From the NCBI GenBank assembly GCA_965248265.1, contig CBDFJF010000002.1:3680001-3744000 (forward strand): a DNA stretch of 64,000 nt, in the 5' to 3' direction. Below are positions 63,523 through 64,000 of this stretch, one piece after another (within the stretch, counting starts at the first letter, position 1; every line of letters begins with the position of its first letter). The DNA comes from Candidatus Latescibacterota bacterium. GTDB taxonomy: Bacteria; Latescibacterota; UBA2968; UBA8231. Made by a program: the position numbers and the translations under genes. The notes under the pieces were generated by a model, which saw only the letters and a program-made list of their open reading frames with translations, did not search any database and was not told where the DNA came from.

Positions 63523-64000
63523 CAACCGCTGACAAAGATGGGATTGGCGGTCAGCCGCGATCCGCGACTGGCCGCCATCAGGCGGTAGTAAAGACGCTCG
63601 CCAGCGTCGACCTGCGCGTCCACGTGCTCGAACTCCAATGGTGTAATCCCTTCCACCTGCGCAACCACCTGCGTGTGCCCATCACCGTCCCCTCGAATCA
63701 AGCGCACGTGGACCCGATCCTCGCCACCATCGAAGCGCCCGATCTCCACCGCAATCCTGGCCACACCAGCAGACAACAAACGCTCTCCCATGACCGCCGT
63801 GCCCGTGTTCGTCACCGCCTCGAACCGGAGTAACTGCAGGGCCTCATCACCGCCACGAACAGCATACATCCTGCCCTCCCGCATGGCGTCGAGGACCGCC
63901 GACCGAGTGCGCTCGCGAACCAGGAAAACCGTCAGGATGTCGTGGATGTACCCGCCTGGTTCCTGGACGTGGTAATCGATGTCACCGGTTCCCCAGATCG
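63522..64000 (-). CDS. C-terminal part of a PHP-like metallohydrolase (CehA/McbA-like); 5' end outside window
   Basis: Frame open to window edge: WGTGDIDYH...SAVLDAMREGRMY...TANPIFV. Confidence 0.55.
   Translation of the reverse strand, partial: IWGTGDIDYHVQEPGGYIHDILTVFLVRERTRSAVLDAMREGRMYAVRGGDEALQLLRFEAVTNTGTAVMGERLLSAGVARIAVEIGRFDGGEDRVHVRLIRGDGDGHTQVVAQVEGITPLEFEHVDAQVDAGERLYYRLMAASRGSRLTANPIFVSG

Overview
A GC-rich (roughly 60% by eye), gene-dense chromosomal window from a diderm bacterium (lnt and lipoproteins are present; taxonomy cannot be fixed from sequence alone). Left end (1-11.2 kb): three paralogous TMTC-like GT-C/TPR membrane proteins and a GT39/ArnT-like glycosyltransferase, interleaved gene-by-gene with a sulfur-carrier cysteine module (CysM-like synthase, JAB/Mec peptidase, CysO/MoaD-like carrier ending in GG, CysK) headed by a cNMP-binding protein. 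This is the best candidate for an undescribed system. Next is a housekeeping block (aspS, lipoprotein + LysM protein, phoH, 7TM-HD phosphodiesterase, ybeY, corC-like, tRNA-fMet, stand-alone sigma region-4 protein, lnt). It is followed by a sugar-acid catabolic/DNA-repair mix, a MoxR AAA+ pair, an intact frameshifting IS630 element, and peptide/D-amino-acid/cofactor genes (M42 peptidase, SSS symporter, RNase II, panB, DadA-like, PabB-PabC fusion). A second GT39 paralog, an acyl-CoA synthetase and glnE-glnB come next. The right end holds an amino-sugar/surface-glycan cluster (frameshifted WecA/TagO-like gene, two DegT aminotransferases, PIG-L deacetylase, WbqC) that runs off the window. No CRISPR array, rRNA or prophage was seen. 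All product calls come from motif recognition by eye, not from database searches.
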